Part shown: positions 47,537 through 56,488 of the stretch, piece by piece
Numbering within the stretch: position 1 is the first letter of the stretch
How the letters are laid out: each line of letters starts with the position of its first letter
Origin: a virus
Lineage: Duplodnaviria > Caudoviricetes
Reading direction: 5' to 3' (one strand)
IMG/VR virus record: IMGVR_UViG_3300002307_000018
Coordinates: 1 to 64,000 of that record
DNA length: 64,000 nt
The notes under the pieces: generated by a model
What the model saw: only the letters and a program-made list of their open reading frames with translations
What the model was told of the DNA's origin: nothing
Databases searched by the model: none
Program-made: the position numbers and the translations under genes

Positions 47537-48201
47537 TGCATCAATTTCCACAAGAGATCATTGATTTTCGTGACATGAACGCACAGTGTACATCACCTGT
47601 GCATGTTACCTTTCGTGCAAGCAAAGATGATCCTGAGTGTTGCTATTATCCAATAAAATTTGATTTCGATACTGAGTTACTGTTAAAAGAATGTCAAGCA
47701 GCAGATGATCTATATGTTGATCACAGAGCTAACGACAAGAAAGGAAGCTATGGTCACAGTGGTTGGAAATCATTAACGCTGCATGGGCTTGACAAGCACA
47801 AGACTGAGCATTATGTACAGTACGGATTTAACACACTAGAAGAGGCTAACTATCATTGGACTGATGCTTGTGATCGTCTGCCCAATCTAACACTGTTCTT
47901 GAAATCACTTCCATTCAAACTATTTGATCGTGTACGCATTATGCGATTAGAGGCAGGAGGTTACATAATGCCGCACTCGGATAATAAATTTGAACGTGCG
48001 TTTTCACCCTTAAATATTGCTATCAACAATCCTACAGGCTGTGCATTTATTATGAAAAATGGTGGAGAAGTACCATTTGTAGCAGGCACAGGAATGATCT
48101 TAGATGTTGGTCGTGAGCACATTGTAGTGAATGATAGCAATACAGTTAGATATCACATTATTGCTCACGGCCATCATGCACCTGAATTTTATAAACTATG
48201 A
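47536..48201 (+). CDS. Fe(II)/2-oxoglutarate dioxygenase, Asp/Asn beta-hydroxylase (LpxO-like) family
   Basis: RVRIMRLEAGGYIMPHSD...LNIAINNP...EHIVVN...RYHII (HxD...H triad). Confidence 0.8.
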   Translation: MHQFPQEIIDFRDMNAQCTSPVHVTFRASKDDPECCYYPIKFDFDTELLLKECQAADDLYVDHRANDKKGSYGHSGWKSLTLHGLDKHKTEHYVQYGFNTLEEANYHWTDACDRLPNLTLFLKSLPFKLFDRVRIMRLEAGGYIMPHSDNKFERAFSPLNIAINNPTGCAFIMKNGGEVPFVAGTGMILDVGREHIVVNDSNTVRYHIIAHGHHAPEFYKL

Positions 48202-49562
48202 CCAAAGTATACTTAAATCATAATATGTTTGCCAATAAGCGTGTAGTATTTGCAATTGTAGATCAAATGCAAGTACGATCACGTCACAAGCCATTGTTTG
48301 ATAAGATGTATGATCTAACTTTATTCTATACTACACGACTGGCATACACTATTAACAGCCCAGTAGTATATTATGACACTGTTGACATGGCATTAGAAGC
48401 ACTGCAAGACTATGACATTGTAATACTTCAAAGCGTGGGCAACATGATTCAAGAAAATGAATACTTGGAATACGTAGATGAATACATCAATAATAATCCA
48501 GATTTCTTCTATGTAGGTTTCACACTAGACTGGCAGGGTACTGACTGGGTTGAACTGCATCATCAAATGATTGTATTCAATGAACAACGTTGGATAGAAT
48601 TGGGCAAACCTATTTACGGTGATTGGGAACGTACTACTGAAGAGTTGCCTAATTACAGTCGTAGTGAGGAAAACTTTCACGATCATTATACACCATTATG
48701 GATCAAGGGCGAACCAGGCACTACAATGCAGCAACGTACCAAGCAAGGCTGGGGCATGATCAAGTGTGCTCTTAAGAATGGCATCAAGATCGATAACTTT
48801 ACGCAGCAAATGCGTGACTGTAGATTGTTCTTGTACCCAGAGTCAGACAGTACCAAGTTCTTTGAGTGTATTGTCAATCGTGCGATCACTGATGGTAATA
48901 TCAATCCTAATCAAAAACGTTTTATACGTACGTTTCAATTTAGAGAACAAGTATGGATTTATAATAGCGAATCATATCAGTTTCCAAAGTCAGTGTCAAA
49001 GAACATTGACACGTATATGGGACCAGCAGCAGGGTTCAAATACTTAGACGTACTCAAGTACAGCGAAAATGTAAACTATGTACTGTATGACTTTATGCCC
49101 ATATCAATAGCATGGATCAAAATGCTGCGTGAAGAATGGGACGGGCGTAATTATCCTGCATTCTTAGAGTCTAAGGCTTCAGAATGGCATCAGTATTACA
49201 AGTATATCTCGGGTGATATTGACTTGAATCAAAGATTGCTATTTGATGAGTTTGAGAACGAAGATACTTTTGCTGCATTATGGCAACGATTCAAGAACAG
49301 TCAAGTAGAGTTTGTACAGTGTGATCTATTTGATTTAGATACAGTTATGGATCTAAGTAAAAAGATTGCGGGTAATACACTGTTTTATTATAGCAATATT
49401 TTTGCAACTGACTTTCAAATCAAACGTAAGTCACTGGCAGAGATTACTACTAGCTATAACAATATTATTGATATTTTTAATCAACCTGATGTTGTATTAT
49501 ATGGCACCAATCCAGTAGGAGAATGGGTTATACACAAGGAGAATACCCTATGTTTAAGTTAA
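48198..49562 (+). CDS. Hypothetical protein, possible C-terminal Rossmann/methyltransferase-like domain
   Basis: YMGPAAGFKY...VLYDF...FVQCDLFD pattern; weak. Confidence 0.55.
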   Translation: MTKVYLNHNMFANKRVVFAIVDQMQVRSRHKPLFDKMYDLTLFYTTRLAYTINSPVVYYDTVDMALEALQDYDIVILQSVGNMIQENEYLEYVDEYINNNPDFFYVGFTLDWQGTDWVELHHQMIVFNEQRWIELGKPIYGDWERTTEELPNYSRSEENFHDHYTPLWIKGEPGTTMQQRTKQGWGMIKCALKNGIKIDNFTQQMRDCRLFLYPESDSTKFFECIVNRAITDGNINPNQKRFIRTFQFREQVWIYNSESYQFPKSVSKNIDTYMGPAAGFKYLDVLKYSENVNYVLYDFMPISIAWIKMLREEWDGRNYPAFLESKASEWHQYYKYISGDIDLNQRLLFDEFENEDTFAALWQRFKNSQVEFVQCDLFDLDTVMDLSKKIAGNTLFYYSNIFATDFQIKRKSLAEITTSYNNIIDIFNQPDVVLYGTNPVGEWVIHKENTLCLS

Positions 49563-49783
49563 AAGAAAGAATACCACGCAGCATACTCAAGGTTATTACA
49601 TGGCGCATTGCGGTAACTATTACTAACTTCTTTGGTGGTTGGATCGCTAGTGGTAACCCTTGGGTTGGTCTTGGAGTAGTAGGTTTCGCACTAGTAGTCA
49701 ACAGCATACTATACTTCTTTCATGAACGTATCTGGAATGCTAGCAATTATGGTCGCATTGTAGAGGAAAAATCAGACGCATGA
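49550..49783 (+). CDS. Small membrane protein, DUF2061-like
   Basis: RSILKVITWR...LYFFHERIW; SD AAGGAG before ATG 49550. Confidence 0.75.
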   Translation: MFKLKERIPRSILKVITWRIAVTITNFFGGWIASGNPWVGLGVVGFALVVNSILYFFHERIWNASNYGRIVEEKSDA

Positions 49784-50484
49784 AGATACTAGTATGTGGG
49801 ACATCAGTGATGATGACTAATATATTATATCCCAATGGATCAAAATCTTGGGTACATTATTTACAACAACGACTGGGCTGCGAAGTTGTCAATATTTCAC
49901 GTGCTGGATGTGGTAATCAATATATACACGATGCAGTATTGGCTGAAGTTACTGAGCGTGATTATGATTTAGTACTGGTAAGTTGGAATCTGTCAGACAA
50001 AGTAGAGTTCAGAACTTGTCACAATGTAAAGCTTGAAGACTGGGAAATGTTTGGCGGTAACACTCACGAAGAGCATATGCAACGTGACTGGATATGGTCA
50101 CATACAACAGACGAAGCAATGACATTTCCTGGTGCAGCCGCAGCAAAGAATGATCTATTTAAGAATAGATTCAAATTGCTTCCTGATTATGAAATTCATC
50201 ATCAAACTATGCTAACTCAGGTAATATCATTACAGTCTGCTCTTAAGCAGTACAATGTACCCTATATGTTTACGTTTTATAGAAAGTTATTTAAAATTGC
50301 TAAGTTTAATAAGTATTATGACCGTCTAGACTTTAATAATATCTATACAAACAGTTTATATAGATTTTCCAAGAATACCAATACTTGGGATGCGGCATCT
50401 AAACATCCTACGAATCGTGCTTATGCAGCATATGCAGAACTAGTATATGAGTTTCTTAATACAAAGAATCTAATAACGCTCTAG
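49780..50484 (+). CDS. SGNH/GDSL hydrolase/acyltransferase-like protein
   Basis: ILVCGTS block I, NISRAGCGN block II, C-terminal DAASKHP. Confidence 0.7.
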   Translation: MKILVCGTSVMMTNILYPNGSKSWVHYLQQRLGCEVVNISRAGCGNQYIHDAVLAEVTERDYDLVLVSWNLSDKVEFRTCHNVKLEDWEMFGGNTHEEHMQRDWIWSHTTDEAMTFPGAAAAKNDLFKNRFKLLPDYEIHHQTMLTQVISLQSALKQYNVPYMFTFYRKLFKIAKFNKYYDRLDFNNIYTNSLYRFSKNTNTWDAASKHPTNRAYAAYAELVYEFLNTKNLITL

Positions 50485-51535
50485 AGATTTTACCACCGCT
50501 AGTCAGTGATATAGTATCAACCTGCTCTAGCACTGCTGGCCTACAATGCTTACCTAGACTGATCAAAAATCGTTTAATGGCATCTTTGTCACAGTCACCC
50601 ACGTACAAACACTTAACACTATATGATCCAAACACTACCACTTGTTCTAAATTAGGTATGGCTTCTAATAGCTGACGCTCAATACTAACAGGATTCAACT
50701 TAGACCCTTTGACATTGATTTGATCACGACTGCGACCTAATATCTTGTAGTAGCCCAGTTCATCTACTTCAGCCAAGTCACCTGTATCATACCAATCATT
50801 GTACGCAACGTTAAAGCCCTTGATATACAAGTGATTGTTTTCAATCTTAGCCTCGATACCATCAGGTAAACCTACTGTGCCCATACGTTGCGGACCCTCT
50901 AGTGGGTTAGTAAAGCAATGACTCATAGCTTCGGTCATACCAAATGCTTCAATAATTGGTATCTTGAACTTAGTCTGTAGTGCAGTATACAAATCATTTG
51001 ACATTGGAGCACTGGCGCCACGTATGAAACGTAGATTATCAAGCTCAAGCTTAGCAACAACGTTTAGTACATCTGGTATAGCAGTGATAAATGTAGGATT
51101 GGTACTGGGAAAGGTATTGATTTCTTTCATTGTAATATACTTGACTTCACAACCAGCTAACTGTGTAGCCCAGTAGAAACCTTGACCATGTGCGTGCCAT
51201 AAGCTCATAATGCTAGTATAACGATCATTGGCAGTTAGCTTGTATGATCGCATAATAGTAGCAGCCATATTGTTTAACTGTGCTTGTGTGAATGAGCAGA
51301 ACTTACTATCGCCTGTAGTACCACTGGTATACCATAGTACACGCTCGTTGGGATAATCACTGCCATCACGATGCTTTTCTTCATCGCTAGTGATAAGCAA
51401 GCTCCAATCAGAATTCTCTAGTAGATAACGATTACGCGCCTCAGGCGCAGAAGGATTGATAATCATGATTGAATAATCATTTAATTGTGGAATATAGTCT
51501 TGCGGATTATTCACGCATAATATGGCTCTTTTCAT
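50456..51535 (-). CDS. Adenylate-forming (ANL/AMP-binding) enzyme, compact acyl-CoA-ligase-like
   Basis: YTSGTTG, EAFGMTE, YDTGD, ILGRSRDQINVKG, GGK. Start at 51535 after TAAATA-N5. Confidence 0.9.
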   Translation of the reverse strand: MKRAILCVNNPQDYIPQLNDYSIMIINPSAPEARNRYLLENSDWSLLITSDEEKHRDGSDYPNERVLWYTSGTTGDSKFCSFTQAQLNNMAATIMRSYKLTANDRYTSIMSLWHAHGQGFYWATQLAGCEVKYITMKEINTFPSTNPTFITAIPDVLNVVAKLELDNLRFIRGASAPMSNDLYTALQTKFKIPIIEAFGMTEAMSHCFTNPLEGPQRMGTVGLPDGIEAKIENNHLYIKGFNVAYNDWYDTGDLAEVDELGYYKILGRSRDQINVKGSKLNPVSIERQLLEAIPNLEQVVVFGSYSVKCLYVGDCDKDAIKRFLISLGKHCRPAVLEQVDTISLTSGGKISRALLDSLY

Positions 51536-51577
51536 AATGTTATTTATTGAATCGATCATGACCCTATAAATATTAGT

Positions 51578-52663
51578 ATGTCATTCTGCAAATTTCTCAC
51601 TAATACCTATCACTTTACCTATGACGTGGTCAAACCATGCTGTTGGATTAGTGACACTAGCGTTAGTATACTAAATCATAAGATGATTAAATCAGATTTT
51701 AAATGGTTAAATCAAATTGATACTTGGATTCCTGAATGTAGTTATTGCTTTAAGTTAGAAGCAAATGGGACCGATTCTCCTAGAACAATGTCGCTGCGTG
51801 AGGATATTTTTAATCAGCCACATGAACTAGGTGACAGTATCAAGATTGAGCTACAGTTAGATGAAGACTGTAACGCTGCTTGTATTATGTGTAGCGACTT
51901 TAACAGTACTACTTGGAAGAAGTATAACGAGAACACTGTTAAAATAATACCAATTAAGATTCATCATAAGACTACAGTAGAAGAACGTATTGCTGCGGTA
52001 GAAGCAATCATTGACTTTGATACTGTCAGACAAATACATTTCTTTGGTGGTGAACCATTTAACACTGATACACATCTTAGAATCATAAGACAAATCAAAC
52101 ACCCAGAGCGTACAAACTTAGTGTATGTATCCAATTGCAGTGTGTTCCCGTGTGAAGAAACATTAGAATTATGGTCTCGCTTTAAGAATGTTAAGTTGAC
52201 CGTATCTATAGACGGTATCGGTGAGCATTTCAACTACTTACGCTGGCCATTGCAATGGAGTCAAGTTGAAAAGAACTTGACGAAATATAAAGCATTGCTA
52301 TCAGATAAGTTTGATTTTAACAATAGCTTTACCGGAAGCCCACTTAACTTATACTACATTGATCAGTATACACAATGGTCAACCGAATTCTTCAAAGACA
52401 CTAAGATAACTGGTTCAACATGGTTTTTAAATCCACATCCAGTGATTGGCGTCATGAACTTAGAGTCAGTGCCCTCTGGTCTTGCTCATGCACTATCTGA
52501 CAAGTACGGAACTGACAGTAGAATCTACAAGATAATCAATAAGTTTGATTTAATTAAGTATAAAAAATTCATTGAGTATATTGAATTTCATGATCAGCAT
52601 AGAAAGCTAAACTTCAGAGTAACTTTTCCAGAAGTGGCCCAACACTTTACACACGTGACATGA
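51578..52663 (+). CDS. Radical SAM enzyme with N-terminal Twitch-like domain
   Basis: FCKF...PCC...CSYC, then CNAACIMC and FGGEP. Preceded by TATAAATA-N5-ATG. Confidence 0.9.
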   Translation: MSFCKFLTNTYHFTYDVVKPCCWISDTSVSILNHKMIKSDFKWLNQIDTWIPECSYCFKLEANGTDSPRTMSLREDIFNQPHELGDSIKIELQLDEDCNAACIMCSDFNSTTWKKYNENTVKIIPIKIHHKTTVEERIAAVEAIIDFDTVRQIHFFGGEPFNTDTHLRIIRQIKHPERTNLVYVSNCSVFPCEETLELWSRFKNVKLTVSIDGIGEHFNYLRWPLQWSQVEKNLTKYKALLSDKFDFNNSFTGSPLNLYYIDQYTQWSTEFFKDTKITGSTWFLNPHPVIGVMNLESVPSGLAHALSDKYGTDSRIYKIINKFDLIKYKKFIEYIEFHDQHRKLNFRVTFPEVAQHFTHVT

Positions 52664-53475
52664 GAAGAATCTACGCATACGGAGATAGTTTTATTGCCAA
52701 TGAATCTAAGATTTATCCTGAATGGGCACAGATACTATCGAATAATTTGAATACTTCTTTATTTAATAAAGGAGTTAGCGCAGGCAGCACAGAAAATGCA
52801 ATGACTAAGTTGTACAATGACATGGACAATAATAACATTACTGACAATGACATTGTATTATTTCAGACCAGTACTCCGGGAAGACTTCATTTTTTATTTC
52901 AACGTGATAGACCTGAAACGGCATCATTGTATACTCAAGATTCACACAGTGACTTTCATCTTCCAGAACATACTTGGTATCGTGAAAATAAACAGTACAT
53001 CAATTGGTATCTAAGAAACTTTGACATTAACTTAATGTCATTGAATCATTATTGCTATCTAAACACTGTTATTAACTTTGCCGTATCTAACCCTAATATC
53101 AAGATAGTAGTACTAAGCAATATATTTACTAACAATCATGCTAAGTTACCCAAATCACCCACAAATTGTATCATGATTCCAATTGAGTTGCACATGATTA
53201 GTAAGAATGAATTTGTCAATCCTAAGCATGATCATAATGATTGGCTTAAACATACAGTATATGACACTAGAATAAATCATCTAAGCAACAAGAATCTCGC
53301 ACTGTTGGCAGAGTTGATAGAAGAATCCATTGACACAGGCAGAACCGATAACTTTAGTTATAGTCGCTTTGTGCAACGTATATTTGAACCAATACGCACT
53401 GACAGTGACTATATAAGATACGTCGAACAGGGCCATTTACATTATGTACCTGACTGGTTGAAATTTAAAAAGTAA
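52660..53475 (+). CDS. SGNH/GDSL-like protein
   Basis: IYAYGDSF, NKGVSAGS, DTRINHLS. Confidence 0.75.
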   Translation: MRRIYAYGDSFIANESKIYPEWAQILSNNLNTSLFNKGVSAGSTENAMTKLYNDMDNNNITDNDIVLFQTSTPGRLHFLFQRDRPETASLYTQDSHSDFHLPEHTWYRENKQYINWYLRNFDINLMSLNHYCYLNTVINFAVSNPNIKIVVLSNIFTNNHAKLPKSPTNCIMIPIELHMISKNEFVNPKHDHNDWLKHTVYDTRINHLSNKNLALLAELIEESIDTGRTDNFSYSRFVQRIFEPIRTDSDYIRYVEQGHLHYVPDWLKFKK

Positions 53476-53478
53476 CAT

Positions 53479-53604
53479 ATGATAAACAAACTTAAACTAT
53501 ACTATCAGATCATTATGGAGCGTACTGTACGCAGACTCGTTCGAGAGATCAAGTATCGTAAACGGCTTAAAGAGCAGCGTAAGAAAAATCCATTTATATA
53601 CTAA
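53479..53604 (+). CDS. Small basic peptide (41 aa)
   Basis: MINKLKLYYQIIMERTVRRLVREIKYRKRLKEQRKKNPFIY* exactly fills the gap between two genes. Confidence 0.6.
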   Translation: MINKLKLYYQIIMERTVRRLVREIKYRKRLKEQRKKNPFIY

Positions 53605-53605
53605 T

Positions 53606-54442
53606 ATGAGAACGTTACACATTTACGGTGATAGTTATGCATCTAATCATGAAGTGGATGATTTAGTCCATAGTTCTAATAGTAGACAGTGTTGGACTAA
53701 TTTGGTTGCCGATAATCTAAAGATGCGACAGAATAATCATGCACGTGCGGGAACCAGTACATCATACAGCTTATTCAAATTTCAGCAGTGTATCAATGAC
53801 ATACTGCCCAACGATGTAGTAATATTTTGCGTTAGTTCCTTTGAAAGACTGACATTTATTCATCAACTTGAGTTTCCAGATACCGCAGCAACATTGACTT
53901 ATGAGGAATTGCCAAAGTCAATTGCTCATATGCGTAGACATGTATGGTATAAAGAGAATGCCACTCAATTAGAATGGTTTGCAAGAAACGCAGACGCTGA
54001 TAATCAAAAATTATCACACGAGGGATATATTCACATTATTAGAAACTTTGCCGAGTGCAATCCAAATGTCACAGTATTACTAATGTCATTGGACCATTAT
54101 AACATTAAGTTTCCAATGAGTATACCACGTAACTTGTTGATTCCAGCAACCACATTGTATTCGATATCAGCAACTGAGACTAAGATTAGTTATCGTGAAT
54201 TTACTAAGTATACTGGCTATGATCCTAGAATAAATCACTATAGTGTCAATAATTCTAGAATATTTGCAAACTTAGTAACTGAAGTTTTTCAAACTAATAG
54301 TGTAGAAAATTTAACATCGGATAAATTTGAATCAAACATTTATACAAGACCAATCGATACTGTAGAGGAGTATGATCGTCATATCGTGGCTGGTCATTTA
54401 TTAGATCGAATCTCCGTTAGAAAAATACTTAAAAAATTATAA
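53606..54442 (+). CDS. SGNH/GDSL-like protein (paralogue of 52660)
   Basis: LHIYGDSY, NHARAGTS, DPRINHYS. Confidence 0.75.
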   Translation: MRTLHIYGDSYASNHEVDDLVHSSNSRQCWTNLVADNLKMRQNNHARAGTSTSYSLFKFQQCINDILPNDVVIFCVSSFERLTFIHQLEFPDTAATLTYEELPKSIAHMRRHVWYKENATQLEWFARNADADNQKLSHEGYIHIIRNFAECNPNVTVLLMSLDHYNIKFPMSIPRNLLIPATTLYSISATETKISYREFTKYTGYDPRINHYSVNNSRIFANLVTEVFQTNSVENLTSDKFESNIYTRPIDTVEEYDRHIVAGHLLDRISVRKILKKL

Positions 54443-55404
54443 TGAACTATATTGGATTATCATGTGGATTTCACAATGCGTCATTGGCTGTAGTCAATAA
54501 AGATGGAGAGATAGTCTATACAGCACGTAGCAGTGAGTTTAGCGGTATACCTAATGACAAAAACTTAGACAGTAGACTAGTACTTAAAGCATTAGAGTAC
54601 TGTGACAATGAGTATGAACTACATTACTATGAGAATCCTTTACTCAAGTACTTACGACAATTACGAGCAGGTGAACGACCTAGTATTAAAACAATCAGTG
54701 CCAGTTATATGATCGGGCGACACAATCATAAACTGTTAAACAATAAACCAATACATACACACAAACATCATTTAACACATGCGGCTGGGGGATTTCAAAC
54801 ATCCACATTTGATCGTGCCACAGTAGTAGTGATTGACGCTATAGGCGAGTTCGACACAATCACAATATGGAGTGCAGAATATAAAAACAATCAAGCACAG
54901 TATCGAAGATTATACAGTCAAACGTATCCCGACAGTATTGGTTTGTTCTATAGTGCAATGACAAAACAAATTGGTCTTACGCCATTACAGGATGAATACA
55001 AGTTGATGAAGTATTCTGAGCATGGCAATAGATATAATGATTGTACATCAATATTGCTGGGCTCAGTTGTAAACAGTGTACGTGACTGTACATTATATGA
55101 TAACTTACACATTGGTTTGAATAAATCTGTTAGTGATTCACTGTTACAGTACTCAGTAGTAGACGTGGCAGCCAGTACTCAGTATGTGACCGAACAACTT
55201 ATTTACAGTGTCATGCAGCGAGCCAAATCATTTAACTTCAGCAACAATTTAGTATACAGTGGCGGCGTTGCATTAAATAGTATAGCAAACAATAATCTCT
55301 CAGACTTTTTCGACAATGTATGGATTATGCCAGACCCAAGCGATAGTGGCTCTAGTATTGGAGCCTGTGCATTGGCTTACGGCAGTAGATTGACATCACT
55401 ATAA
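54442..55404 (+). CDS. Carbamoyltransferase (CmcH/NodU/TobZ) N-terminal Kae1-like domain only
   Basis: GLSCGFHNAS, HHLTHAAGGF, DAIGEFDT, SIGLFYSA, SGGVALN, PDPSDSGSSIG. Stops about 10 aa later, with no C-terminal YrdC-like domain. Confidence 0.85.
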   Translation: MNYIGLSCGFHNASLAVVNKDGEIVYTARSSEFSGIPNDKNLDSRLVLKALEYCDNEYELHYYENPLLKYLRQLRAGERPSIKTISASYMIGRHNHKLLNNKPIHTHKHHLTHAAGGFQTSTFDRATVVVIDAIGEFDTITIWSAEYKNNQAQYRRLYSQTYPDSIGLFYSAMTKQIGLTPLQDEYKLMKYSEHGNRYNDCTSILLGSVVNSVRDCTLYDNLHIGLNKSVSDSLLQYSVVDVAASTQYVTEQLIYSVMQRAKSFNFSNNLVYSGGVALNSIANNNLSDFFDNVWIMPDPSDSGSSIGACALAYGSRLTSL

Positions 55405-55408
55405 TAAT

Positions 55409-56488
55409 ATGACAAAGAAACTTATTCAAGTACGTACACATTTAAACTCAATGACTGTTACATGGGTCATGAACAACATTTGCACCAATCACTGTGACTA
55501 TTGCCCACCTGTATTACACAAGGGTAGTAATCACAACTATAGCTGGGATCGTGCCAAAGAGTTTATGGAACGATTGTTTAAACGATATCTGCGTGTTAAT
55601 CTTAGCTTAAGTGGGGGCGAACCTACACTGTCTCCTTTTTTGCCTGAGCTAGTCAAGATGTTTAATGATCGTAAACAGGCAATAGGTATTACCACTAACG
55701 GAGCCAGAACAGTTAGATACTACGAAGAACTTGCCCCTATGCTTAGCTTTCTTACGTTCTCTTATCATCCTAGTTATCCAGAAGAGCAATTGATTGAAAA
55801 GATTCGTGCGTGTGCACCACACACAGTAGTACTGACACGTATCATGATGGACAGCAGACACTGGGATCGTGCTGTTGCTATGTACAATGAGTGCTTAAAT
55901 AATCTAGAGCATACTGCCGTTGAAGCGGTTATAATTCTGTCTGATATTAGTGATCGTCATGTAGGCAATGAGTATACGTCTGAACAATTGCAATGGATCA
56001 AAGATCATGAGTATACTGTATATCGTAGCAATGCTGATTATCAAAAGAATCCTAAGTGGAAAAAGTTCGACACATTGTCTTCATTTTGGTACAATGATGG
56101 ATCAATTAAGACTGATGATCCAAATGAATTAGTAAATCGTGGTGAAAATGACTTTCGTGGGTGGGCATGTAACATAGGTATCGAAAGTCTTTGTATACAT
56201 TACAATGGTTGGGTAGGTAAAGCTACTTGTGGAGTAGGACAAAACATGTTTCATATTGATGATCATGCTGCTCATCCGCTACCAGAACGAGCAGAGATAT
56301 GTACACAAGCTGTATGTGCTTGTGGTACTGATATTAGAATCTCAAAGGTACCAATCATGGACAAAGATGATCCCTATGTACTGGCAAGAACCGTAGTCAA
56401 TGAGCCTAAGAGCGAAGAAGAGTACAATAAGAAATACTATGACGAGAATGGTCGAGTAATTATACCTATTAGGCCTGTAACACAATGA
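55409..56488 (+). CDS. Radical SAM enzyme with C-terminal Cys-rich domain (paralogue of 46583)
   Basis: CTNHCDYC, SGGEP; C-terminal CNIG...ATC...CTQAVCAC. Confidence 0.9.
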   Translation: MTKKLIQVRTHLNSMTVTWVMNNICTNHCDYCPPVLHKGSNHNYSWDRAKEFMERLFKRYLRVNLSLSGGEPTLSPFLPELVKMFNDRKQAIGITTNGARTVRYYEELAPMLSFLTFSYHPSYPEEQLIEKIRACAPHTVVLTRIMMDSRHWDRAVAMYNECLNNLEHTAVEAVIILSDISDRHVGNEYTSEQLQWIKDHEYTVYRSNADYQKNPKWKKFDTLSSFWYNDGSIKTDDPNELVNRGENDFRGWACNIGIESLCIHYNGWVGKATCGVGQNMFHIDDHAAHPLPERAEICTQAVCACGTDIRISKVPIMDKDDPYVLARTVVNEPKSEEEYNKKYYDENGRVIIPIRPVTQ

